Source of the DNA: an uncultured bacterium
GTDB lineage: Bacteria > Krumholzibacteriota > Krumholzibacteriia > JACNKJ01
Assembly: GCA_963695095.1 (NCBI GenBank)
Contig: CAVOFT010000001.1
Location: 2,496,001 to 2,560,000, forward strand
Direction: 5' to 3'
Length of the DNA: 64,000 bases
The notes beneath the pieces were generated by a model. It saw nothing but the letters and a program-made list of their open reading frames with translations. It searched no databases and was not told where the DNA came from. Both the position numbers and the translations under genes were made by a program. The stretch's first letter is position 1, and each line of letters begins with the position of its first letter. Shown here in pieces: positions 33,984-41,970 of this stretch.

Positions 33984-34011
33984 GCGACCGCCGGCCGAAG
34001 CCGGCGGTCGC
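33984..34011 (-). terminator. Intrinsic terminator after 34039..34614
   Basis: Perfect 12-bp stem GCGACCGCCGGC, TTCG loop, then TTCATTT on the minus strand. Confidence 0.75.
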
Positions 34012-34038
34012 AATCGAAGACCCAGTTAACGATGCAGC

Positions 34039-34614
34039 CTAGTACAGAGCCTTGATCTGGCCCCAGGTGGCATCCTCGGTCGCGATGGTCGGCTGGCAAT
34101 TGCAGCCATACTCCAGGGCGCCCGTGCAGTTGAAGGTGAAGAAGTGGTCGGGCTCGCAGTCCCACTCGATGTAGTCCGTGTCGACCACGACCAGGCAGTT
34201 GCAATCGTTGCCGGGCATGATCGTCATGCGGAAGTCCGCACCCAGGTCGGCCAGCGCCAGGAACTGGAGCGTGCCCAGCAAGGCGACGGGGCCGGGGAGG
34301 GGCGGCGTGAAGGCCAGCGCCAGATCATGACCCATGGTACCGATCACGAGCGTCGTGTTCCACGTGGGGGTGATGATCGCGGCCGCGGGGCCGGGGAGGT
34401 TGTCGATGCGGAACTCGGCAGCCGTGATCGCAGGAATGTCGGTCTCCGGCAGGACCGCGAAGACATAGACATTCATCGGCACGAACGGCGTCAGGTCCGC
34501 CTCGCACAGCACGGCCGTGTCATCGGCGTACAGGCCGATGAAGGGCTGGCTCTGCGCGGCGGCAACACTGCTCATGGCGACCAGGAGCAGAAGAGCGGCC
34601 ATCAATTTCTTCAT
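34039..34614 (-). CDS. Secreted ~190-aa beta-rich protein, paralog 2, C-terminal WGQIKALY
   Basis: Signal MKKLMAALLLLVAMSSVAAA; AAGGAG RBS; clear similarity to both neighbours. Confidence 0.87.
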   Translation of the reverse strand: MKKLMAALLLLVAMSSVAAAQSQPFIGLYADDTAVLCEADLTPFVPMNVYVFAVLPETDIPAITAAEFRIDNLPGPAAAIITPTWNTTLVIGTMGHDLALAFTPPLPGPVALLGTLQFLALADLGADFRMTIMPGNDCNCLVVVDTDYIEWDCEPDHFFTFNCTGALEYGCNCQPTIATEDATWGQIKALY

Positions 34615-34828
34615 GTTGCAACTCCTTGAGATGTTTTAGAGAGTGGTGACAAGCCGAAGCTTGGTACCCATTGCCCAGTCTAGAGCCTGAGCCGCGCTCT
34701 CCGAACCCTGCTTGCCAGCCGGAGACGTCTCCAAGTACTCGGCCGGCATTCTGGGCGGGGTCGCCGGTAGGCCGACGACCCCTTTCAACCGCAAGTCGAA
34801 ACTAGTACAGAGCCTTGATCTGGCCCCA
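34039..34828. repeat. 27-nt identical direct repeat at 34039-34065 and 34802-34828 encoding WGQIKALY*; variant copy at 33256-33282
   Basis: ctagtacagagccttgatctggcccca occurs twice; ctagtacagggccttgatcgaacccca occurs in the third paralog. Confidence 0.9.
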
Positions 34829-35392
34829 AGCAGCCTCCTCGGCCGCGATGGTGGCCTCGCACTGGCAGGCACCATTGGGACCACCCACAACACAGTTGAT
34901 GATCATGCGCCAACCCTCGGCCGGAACCTCGGACGCGGTCTCGGCATCCACGACCACCAGGTTGCCGGCGCCCGAGGGCACGACTTCCATCACGAAGTCG
35001 GCGGCAGGAGGCACCTGACCACCGATGTAGGCGATGCTGCCCAGGTAGGCCAGGGGCGCCTCCAGGGGCGTCGTGAAGGCCAGCGCCACGCCGTCGGGCG
35101 TCATGATGTTGCCGATGACCAGGGTGGTGTTCCAGGCCGGGGTCGCGGCGAGAGCGCCGGTAGCCGCCTGGGTGACACCCGTGGCACCGAACTCGCAGGC
35201 GCTCATCGTGGGCACGCTGGGCTCGAGCAGGGCGACGAAGTACACGGTGACGGAGGCGTAGGGCGTGGTCCAGGCCTTCGAGCAGGTAAGCGCACCCTGC
35301 TCACCGAAGATCCCGATCACGTTGGCGGCACTCGCAGCACTGGCCATCAGGACCAGGCTCAGCGCCAAAGCAGCGATCACACTCTTCTTCAT
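34802..35392 (-). CDS. Secreted ~195-aa beta-rich protein, paralog 1, C-terminal WGQIKALY
   Basis: Signal MKKSVIAALALSLVLMASAASA; GAGGAG RBS; shared motifs. Confidence 0.87.
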   Translation of the reverse strand: MKKSVIAALALSLVLMASAASAANVIGIFGEQGALTCSKAWTTPYASVTVYFVALLEPSVPTMSACEFGATGVTQAATGALAATPAWNTTLVIGNIMTPDGVALAFTTPLEAPLAYLGSIAYIGGQVPPAADFVMEVVPSGAGNLVVVDAETASEVPAEGWRMIINCVVGGPNGACQCEATIAAEEAAWGQIKALY

Positions 35393-35507
35393 TTGGCGAA
35401 CTCCTCTACGTTGTTGATGCCGACTGGTGAAAAAGCTGTAACGCCAATTGAATTCGTTCGCAGCTCACACTCTGTTGAGCCCGAGTCCAGCATTCGCTGG
35501 GCCCGGT

Positions 35508-35532
35508 GTGCCCCGCGGCATCCGCGGGGCAC
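35508..35532 (-). terminator. Stem-loop downstream of the dockerin-like gene (terminator or mRNA-stabilising hairpin)
   Basis: GTGCCCCGCGG-3 nt-CCGCGGGGCAC perfect 11-bp inverted repeat; no clear U-tract. Confidence 0.45.
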
Positions 35533-35551
35533 GATCTGGACCAACGTGCGC

Positions 35552-36158
35552 CTAGGGGCAGCTGCTCACGTTGAAGAACCCAGCGAAGATACCGAAGTCC
35601 GCAACGGTCACGTTCGGCGAGCCGACGCTCTCGTTGTAGTTCGCGCAGTTGCCATCGCCCTGGAAGAAGCCGGCGAAGAGACCGAAGTCAGCGACGGTCA
35701 CGGTGCCGCTACCGTTCAGGTCGGGGCTGTTGACGCTCAGGGTCAGGTCGGCGATGACGTTGCCCACCGCAACCACGTTCATGCTGATGTTCGCGCACTG
35801 GGCGCCATTCACCACACCGCCGCGGGGCGTGCCCGTGAAGGTCGTGTGACCGGGGTCGGGCGCGAAGGTCGAGCTATCGGCGATGACGCCGCCCGCGCAC
35901 CAGACGACGAGGGGATCCTCGAGCCAGATGTCGGAGGCGATGATCTCGACGGGGTTGTTGCCCGAGTCGTTCACACTACACATCGATCGTGCGGTTGACA
36001 GGAACCACGAAGCTGTCCGCGCCGCCGGGCGCGATCGTCATGATACCGGGCGTGGCGATCGTCGCGGAGCTATTCGCGGGATCGACGATGCCGGCATTGG
36101 CGTTGGTGACCAGAAGGGCCAGCGCGGCCATCAGCACGAGAATCTTTCTGCTAGTCAT
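35552..36158 (-). CDS. Secreted ~200-aa protein with C-terminal dockerin-like duplicated repeat; one frameshift near 35976
   Basis: Signal MTSRKILVLMAALALLVTNANA; removing one G from GTGTAGTGTGAAC restores DVYVNDSG and joins ORFs 35976..36170 and 35552..35983; repeats DLNGSGTVTVADFGLFAGFF and NYNESVGSPNVTVADFGIFAGFF. Confidence 0.75.
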
Positions 36159-36366
36159 CGGCAGAAGCACCTCCTACAAAGGGTAGCATTGAGCGACAGT
36201 CCCGACTGGCAAGGACAAGAGCGATCGCTCGGTTGTATGTAAGCAAGGGCACTACTTGCAGGGGCTTTAAGGATACCACCTCCGTCCCCAGTTACACAAG
36301 CCACAGTTGCGTTGCCACTCAGGAGCGGCTCCACCTCTGTGGGGAATCTTCCTGCGGTGGCTTGTG

Positions 36367-36396
36367 AGTATATCAGAGCTGGAAAATCGCTGTCAA
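36367..36396 (-). promoter_or_regulatory. Near-consensus sigma-70 promoter for the secreted-protein cluster
   Basis: TTGACA, 18 nt, TATACT with TGn extended -10. Confidence 0.7.
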
Positions 36397-36508
36397 TCGG
36401 CATCCGCGCCTGACGCGAAATACTAACGGCATCTTCCCGAACCACTTACATGCCCCTTGCGGAAGGATCCGCTCGCAGGGACCGCGGCTGGGAAGGTGGG
36501 GAGGGGGG

Positions 36509-36581
36509 TGGGCGAAACAGGGCTCGAACCTGTGACCCCCTGCGTGTAAGGCAGATGCTCTCCCAACTGAGCTATTCGCCC
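36509..36581 (-). tRNA. tRNA-Val(TAC), CCA not encoded
   Basis: GGGCGAATAGCTCAGTTGGGAGAGCATCTGCCTTACACGCAGGGGGTCACAGGTTCGAGCCCTGTTTCGCCCA: 7-bp acceptor stem, D-arm, anticodon loop CTTACAC, TTCGA T-loop; followed by CCC. Confidence 0.97.
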
Positions 36582-36781
36582 CGGGACGGTCGGCCCCCTC
36601 CTGACTCGGAGTGGCCGAGCCTGAAGAGCGCCGCCGGAATGAGCAGGCAGTAGCCGGCCACGAGGAGAAGGGGCGCCAGGGTCATGCTGCCCATGCCCAG
36701 GGCGACATAGCCCAGGGCGATGGCGATCACGCCCGCCGCGAAGAGCCCCTTGAAACCCGCTAGACGAAGGCTGGCAGCCAC
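36572..36781 (-). CDS. Small two-TM membrane protein (DUF3098-like)
   Basis: AGGAGG RBS, GTG start; GVIAIALGYVAL and SMTLAPLLLVAGYCLLIP helices; stop lies inside the tRNA. Confidence 0.7.
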   Translation of the reverse strand: MAASLRLAGFKGLFAAGVIAIALGYVALGMGSMTLAPLLLVAGYCLLIPAALFRLGHSESGGGRPSRGE

Positions 36782-36830
36782 GGTCCCCTCCTGATTGCAG
36801 TCGCCACCGAGTCCCGCTCGGACGAGGAAG

Positions 36831-37688
36831 CTACGGATTCGAGTCCGGCTCTGTCAAGCTGCTGCGGCTGAGCCGGCTCAAGCTCCCCGAGTGGAAGGGC
36901 CGCAAGTCCAGGGACACCGAGCCGAAGCCCAGCGCCCGCAGCCCCTCGTCGACGGAGGCGGCCAGGCCGGGGGCCGCCAGGCGCCCCCACTCCTCGCCCC
37001 CCAGCTCGATGCGGGCGAGCAGGCCGTGATGGCGCACGCGATAGTCGCGGAAGCCGAGATCGCGCAGGAGCTTTTCGGCCTGGCCCAGCTGGTCGAGCTT
37101 CTCGGCCGTCACTTCGCTGAAATGGGGAATGCGGCTGGCCAGACAGGCCCGCGCCGGCCGGTCCCAGATCGACAGGCCGCGCTCCCGGGCGAGGCGACGG
37201 ATGTCGGCCTTCTCCAGGCCGGCCTCGGCCAGCGGCGCTCGCACCCGGTAGCGGCGGGCCGCGTCGGCCCCCGGTCGCTCCTCGCCGAGGTCGCTGCGAT
37301 TGCCCCCGTAGACGAGGGTCTGGAAAGCCTCGGCCGCGGCCAGGGCCTCCATCTGCTGGAAGAGCTCCTGCTTGCAGAAGAAGCAGCGATCGGGGGCGTT
37401 CGCGCGGTAGTCGGCGTTCTCGAGTTCGCGGGTGGCCAGCACGCGCACGGGCACGCCCCACTCGGCCGCGAAGACGAGGGCCTCGTCCCGCTCCCAGTCG
37501 GCCAGGGAGGCCGAATCGGCCAGCACGGCCGTCAAGTCCCCGCCCAGGACTTCGTGAGCGAGGACGGCCAGGTAGCCGGAGTCCACGCCACCCGAGTAGG
37601 CGAGCAGGGTGCGGCCGCCATCGGCCAGGATGCTCCGCAAGCGGGCTTCCTTGGCGCGCAGCGTGTCGTCGAGGGCAGGCAGTTCCAT
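36831..37688 (-). CDS. larE: ATP-dependent sulfur transferase, LarE family (PP-loop)
   Basis: AYSGGVDS, DRCFFCK, RPG, KADIR, PARACLASRIP, RVRHHG..ARIE, SGSL. Confidence 0.88.
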   Translation of the reverse strand: MELPALDDTLRAKEARLRSILADGGRTLLAYSGGVDSGYLAVLAHEVLGGDLTAVLADSASLADWERDEALVFAAEWGVPVRVLATRELENADYRANAPDRCFFCKQELFQQMEALAAAEAFQTLVYGGNRSDLGEERPGADAARRYRVRAPLAEAGLEKADIRRLARERGLSIWDRPARACLASRIPHFSEVTAEKLDQLGQAEKLLRDLGFRDYRVRHHGLLARIELGGEEWGRLAAPGLAASVDEGLRALGFGSVSLDLRPFHSGSLSRLSRSSLTEPDSNP

Positions 37689-37731
37689 GCCCCTAGACTA
37701 GCAAGAAGCGCGCGCGCCCGCCAGCACCGGC

Positions 37732-38754
37732 CTAGGAGCCGCCGCGCAGACGGCGCAGCGTCGCCACATTGCGCTTGTGCTCGGCGAAGGTGGCCGCGAA
37801 ACGGTGGCCGCCGCTGCCGTCGGCGACGAAGAAGAGGCTGCGGTCCTCGGGATCGGCGGCCAGGGACGCCGCCAGGCTGGCCCGGCCGGGGCTGCAGATG
37901 GGCCCCGGCGGCAGGCCCTTGTAGCGATAGGTGTTGTAGGGCGAGTCCACGCGCAGGTCGCGGTAGTAGACGCGCAGGCGCCGCTCGCCGAGGGCATAGA
38001 GGACCGTGGGGTCGGCTTCCAGGCGCATGCCCCGAGCGAGGCGGTTCAGGTAGACCCGCGCGATGCGCGGCCGGTCCTCGTCGAGATAGGCCTCGGCTTC
38101 CACGATGGAGGCCAGGGTGGTCCACTGCAGGGCATCCAGGGACCAGCCGGGTGGGGCCGCCTTGCGCAGTTCATCCAGCGTGCCGGCGAAGGCGTCGAGC
38201 AGGGTGGCGATCACCTCGCCGGCGCTCGTCGGGTACTCGAAGGCATAGGTGTCCGGCATCAGGAAGCCCTCGAGGTCCGGCCGCCCGGCGAGGAAGTCGT
38301 GAGCGGGCCAGCGCTGGGGATCGCGCACGCGCTGCGCCAGCTCGAGGGAATCGAGCTCGAGCTGGCCGGCGATGGCCGCCACCGCCTCGTCCAGCCAGAG
38401 CCCTTCGCGCAGGGTGAGGCGCAGCTTCTCGGTGCGGCCCAGGCGCAGTTGCTCGGCCAGGGCCGCCGGGCTGCTCGGCCGGCGAAAGCGGTAGCGGCCG
38501 GCGCGCAGCTCGTCCGCCTCGCCACGCCGGCGCAAGCCCCAGAGAAAGGCGCGCGGCGACTTGAGAACCCCGGCCGCGGCGAGCTGGGTGGCGATGGCCC
38601 GAGAGCTCGTTCCCGGCGCGATGATCACGAGAGTGTCGGCCGCCGCCTGCGGCGGCTCGCGCCGCCAGGCCCGCTCCAGGCCGGCGCCGAGGCCCAGGAG
38701 CAGCGCGAGGCCCACGAAGACAAAGGTCGCAAGCCCGAAGCGAAGCCGAATCAT
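37732..38754 (-). CDS. mltG: Endolytic murein transglycosylase
   Basis: N-terminal TM, LEGFLMPDTY, LASIVEAE, NRL..GMRLEADPTVLY, SPYNTY..GLPPGPICSPG. Confidence 0.95.
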   Translation of the reverse strand: MIRLRFGLATFVFVGLALLLGLGAGLERAWRREPPQAAADTLVIIAPGTSSRAIATQLAAAGVLKSPRAFLWGLRRRGEADELRAGRYRFRRPSSPAALAEQLRLGRTEKLRLTLREGLWLDEAVAAIAGQLELDSLELAQRVRDPQRWPAHDFLAGRPDLEGFLMPDTYAFEYPTSAGEVIATLLDAFAGTLDELRKAAPPGWSLDALQWTTLASIVEAEAYLDEDRPRIARVYLNRLARGMRLEADPTVLYALGERRLRVYYRDLRVDSPYNTYRYKGLPPGPICSPGRASLAASLAADPEDRSLFFVADGSGGHRFAATFAEHKRNVATLRRLRGGS

Positions 38755-39206
38755 GGTGCACTGTCCCCGCTGGCAGTCCCGGAGCCGCGCTGGGCGTCCA
38801 ACCAGGACTGCAGGATGAAGACCGCCGCGAGGCGATCCCAGTCGTGGCGCTCGCCGGCGGGAAAGGCCCGCCGGGCCGCCTTGGTCGTGAGCCGCTCGTC
38901 CCAGAGGGTGACGGGCAGGCCGAACTCCTCGCCGAGCCGCGCGGCGAGGCGGCGGGCGAGGGCGGCGGCCTCGCCTTCGCTGCCATCGAGATGGCGCGGC
39001 AGGCCCACGACGAGCTGCGCCACGGCGTAGTCCGCAATCAGTCGGCGCAGCAGGGCGAAGAAGCCGCCTCGCCCGCGCCGGAAGCTCTCCAGGCCCTGGG
39101 CCGTCAGGCCGAGCGCATCGCTGACGGCGAGCCCCACGCGCACAGTGCCCGGATCGATGCCCAAGACGCGCGGCCGCTCGGCGAGCGGCGCCGGTTCAGT
39201 GGGCAT
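38751..39206 (-). CDS. ruvX: Holliday junction resolvase-like / pre-16S rRNA nuclease (YqgF)
   Basis: LGIDPG..RVGLAVSD, VVGLP, WDERLTT, AAVFILQSWLD. Confidence 0.93.
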   Translation of the reverse strand: MPTEPAPLAERPRVLGIDPGTVRVGLAVSDALGLTAQGLESFRRGRGGFFALLRRLIADYAVAQLVVGLPRHLDGSEGEAAALARRLAARLGEEFGLPVTLWDERLTTKAARRAFPAGERHDWDRLAAVFILQSWLDAQRGSGTASGDSAP

Positions 39207-41439
39207 GGCCGCTCGCGCCCGCGGCGGGCAGGGGAGCGTCTTCCGCCGGACAGCCCTGCAGCACCAGCAGGGTGCAGTCGTCGTCGGGTTCGCCGGTGGC
39301 GCTGAAGCGGGCGAGATCCGCCAGCAGGTCCGCGATCACCGTCTCCGGCTCACCGTTCGAACGGCTGAGCGACTCGGCCAGACGGCTATCGGAATACTGC
39401 TCGCCGCGGCCGTTCTCGGTCTCGCTGACGCCATCGGTGAAGCAGACCAGGCGATCGCCGTCCCCGAAGGGGATGCTGTAGGTGGCAAAGGGCAAGCCGG
39501 GAAAGGCTCCCAGGACGAGGCCGCCCTCCTGCAGCGGCACGGTATGGCCGTTGGCGCGCGTGAGCAGGGGCGCCGGATGACCCGCGGAGGCGTAGTCCAG
39601 CACGCCCTCTGCGCAGTGCAGGCGACCCAGCCAGAGCGTGATGAAGCGATCGCGGGGGGTGTTCTCGTACATGATCTGATTGAGCTCCCGCAAGACCTCG
39701 CCCGGCGGCTGCGCGCGCCGGATGATGCTGCGGAAGGAAGCCTGCAGGGCCGCCATCAGCATGGCGGCGGGCATGCCCTTGCCCGAGACGTCGGCGATGA
39801 CGAAGTAGAGCTCGCGCTCGGTCTCGTGCCAGTCGTAGTAGTCGCCCCCCACCTGCCGGCTCGGGCGGCTGTGGCCGTGCAGGCGCAGGCCGGGCAGGCT
39901 CGGCTTCACCGTGGGCAGGAGCCCCAGCTGGATGCGATAGGCCAGCTGCATCTCCTCCTCGAGCAGGCGCTTGTCCAGGAGTTCGCTGAGCAGGGCCAGG
40001 TTGCGCAGGGTCGAGGTGAGCTGGCCGCCCAGCAGGATCAGGTGCTCGCGCTCCGCGCCGCGCAGGGCGCCGCCGGCCTCGCGGGGACCCAGGAGCAGGA
40101 GCCCCCGACAGCCGCCCTCGTCCACCAGCGCGAGCACCTGCTCCCAGGCCGGCGCTGCGGGCGGCTCCGGCAGGCTGTTGCGGTGGCACCAGGCGCGGAA
40201 CTCCCGCCATCTCAGCGGTTCGGTCAGCAGGCGCAGCAGCTCCTGCTGGCCGCCGAGGTCGAGAAACCACTCGGGGTCGGGCTCGGCGTCCTCGGCCCGC
40301 GGGCACTGCCAGACGAGCAGGCGGCTGCGGTCGACATGGAAGATGTCCCGCAGCACCGGCGCCAGGGCCGCCTCCACTTCCTCGCGCTCGCTGACGTCGC
40401 CCAGGCGGGCGCCCAGCCGGCGCAGGGCGTCGCGGCGGGGATCGCCGCTGTGGCCGAAGAAGAGGCGATCGAGCAGCTCTTCCACCCGGGTGAGCAGAGG
40501 TTGGAACAGGATGATCGCGAAGACGGTGAGGCCCGCTTCGAACAGCGCCCCCAGATTGCCCAGGTAGGCCGTGAAGAGGGCCTGGAAGCGGCCGAGCAGG
40601 AACAGGTACAGCAGCGCCAGCAGGAGCGAGACCGCCACGTCCATCACGCCGCGGCGGGCGAGCAGGCGGATGCGCAGGAAGCGGTGCCGAATGGCCGCAT
40701 AGGCCACCACGGCGCTGGAGAGGATCATCGAGGCGGCCAGCAGGTGAGGCTTCAGCGTGGCCGAGGGCGCGCCGCCCAGGAAGACCGGCAGCGCCTCGGC
40801 GATCAGATAGCCCGTCAGCGGCAGCGCGAAACCCAGGGTGAGAAAGAGCCGCTGCCGGCGGAGGTTGATGCCCCGGCGCAGTTCCTCGCTGCGGGCGAGC
40901 AGCACGAGCGCAGTGAGCCCCATGAGCAGGTTGACGCCGGGAAAGAGCAGCGCATGCACCGAGACACCGAGCGACCAGATGGTGTCCAGCGCCGACAGCC
41001 GCCCGCCCAGGCGCGTGGCGGTCTCCTGCACCGGCCCCAGGAAGGCCGAGGGCTCCACCCGCCGCACGGAGAGGATGAGCAGCAGGTGCACGACGTGAGG
41101 CAGGTAGAGCAGGGCAGGCAGCACGCGCAAGCGATCGAGGATGGCGCGGCGGCGAGGAAAGACGAGGCTGAAGAGCAGCAGGGTGGGGAAGAAGAATTCC
41201 CAGGTGTAGGAGAAGCGATCCAGGAAACCGCCGAGCAGGAGGATCTGCCCCTCGTCGCTCTTGGGCTGCACCAGGCCGACGCCGGCCAGGATCGGGGCGA
41301 TGCCCCCGAAGAAGAGCATGAAGGCGACGACGCGATGGAGCTGCTCGCTGCCGAAACGCCGCAGGAGCCCCAGGCCCCAGACGAGCATCAAGGACCCAGC
41401 TACAAAGTAGATGAGCGGCAGGAAGCTGTCAGGAGCCAT
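39196..41439 (-). CDS. Membrane-bound SpoIIE/RsbU-type PP2C phosphatase
   Basis: Multi-TM N-terminus; IQLGLLP, VGGDYYD, IADVSGKGMPAA, FITL, SAGH, FTDGVSE, DDCTLL. Confidence 0.92.
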   Translation of the reverse strand: MAPDSFLPLIYFVAGSLMLVWGLGLLRRFGSEQLHRVVAFMLFFGGIAPILAGVGLVQPKSDEGQILLLGGFLDRFSYTWEFFFPTLLLFSLVFPRRRAILDRLRVLPALLYLPHVVHLLLILSVRRVEPSAFLGPVQETATRLGGRLSALDTIWSLGVSVHALLFPGVNLLMGLTALVLLARSEELRRGINLRRQRLFLTLGFALPLTGYLIAEALPVFLGGAPSATLKPHLLAASMILSSAVVAYAAIRHRFLRIRLLARRGVMDVAVSLLLALLYLFLLGRFQALFTAYLGNLGALFEAGLTVFAIILFQPLLTRVEELLDRLFFGHSGDPRRDALRRLGARLGDVSEREEVEAALAPVLRDIFHVDRSRLLVWQCPRAEDAEPDPEWFLDLGGQQELLRLLTEPLRWREFRAWCHRNSLPEPPAAPAWEQVLALVDEGGCRGLLLLGPREAGGALRGAEREHLILLGGQLTSTLRNLALLSELLDKRLLEEEMQLAYRIQLGLLPTVKPSLPGLRLHGHSRPSRQVGGDYYDWHETERELYFVIADVSGKGMPAAMLMAALQASFRSIIRRAQPPGEVLRELNQIMYENTPRDRFITLWLGRLHCAEGVLDYASAGHPAPLLTRANGHTVPLQEGGLVLGAFPGLPFATYSIPFGDGDRLVCFTDGVSETENGRGEQYSDSRLAESLSRSNGEPETVIADLLADLARFSATGEPDDDCTLLVLQGCPAEDAPLPAAGASGHAH

Positions 41440-41462
41440 CCCTGTCTCCCCGGCCGGCTGCT

Positions 41463-41924
41463 CTAGTCAGAGGGCGCGCCTGGGCCCACCGACTTCTCCA
41501 ACTCGATGACAAACCGCCCGGCCTCATCCCGCCTGACGCGCACGTCGTCCATGATCTCCCGCATGATGAAGATGCCCCGCCCACGCGCACCCAGGAAGGA
41601 GGGATCGTCCGGCGCCGGCGCCGGCAGGCGCAGGCGCTCTTCCGTGAAGCCGGGGCCGCCGTCCGTCACCGCGATGCGGAAGCTAGAGTCGCTGAGGCCG
41701 AGTTCCACCGCCACGCGCAGGGCAGGGCTGAAGCGATTGCCGTGTTCGATGGCATTGCTGACGGCCTCGATGCTGGCGATGGAGATCTGATCGAGCTCCG
41801 CATCGCTCCACTCCAGCGCCTGGCCGATTTCCTGCAAGGCAGCGTTGATCACACCCAGCCAGCGGAAATCGCTGGGCAAGTCCCAGCGCAGGACGTCGAC
41901 GCTGCCGTTCGTGCTCGCGCTCAT
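41463..41924 (-). CDS. RsbW/SpoIIAB-like anti-sigma factor serine kinase (HATPase)
   Basis: EAVSNAIEHGN, DGGPGF, GRGIFIM..MD. Confidence 0.9.
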   Translation of the reverse strand: MSASTNGSVDVLRWDLPSDFRWLGVINAALQEIGQALEWSDAELDQISIASIEAVSNAIEHGNRFSPALRVAVELGLSDSSFRIAVTDGGPGFTEERLRLPAPAPDDPSFLGARGRGIFIMREIMDDVRVRRDEAGRFVIELEKSVGPGAPSD

Positions 41925-41970
41925 GCGGTTGCTCCTGGCGCTCGGGTCCGCGCGCCGGCCACGGTCGTCC

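Noticed and set aside
33256..34828. 27-nt direct repeats as a CRISPR array
   Set aside because: Copies are about 760-780 nt apart and are the coding 3' ends of paralogous genes; no cas genes
35976..35978. TAG as a recoded (pyrrolysine or readthrough) codon
   Set aside because: The downstream coding region is in a different frame; a 1-nt deletion, not readthrough, restores the protein
33250..36508. Lower-GC block beside tRNA-Val as an integrated genomic island
   Set aside because: No integrase and no duplicated tRNA 3' end seen; strong expression signals explain the composition better
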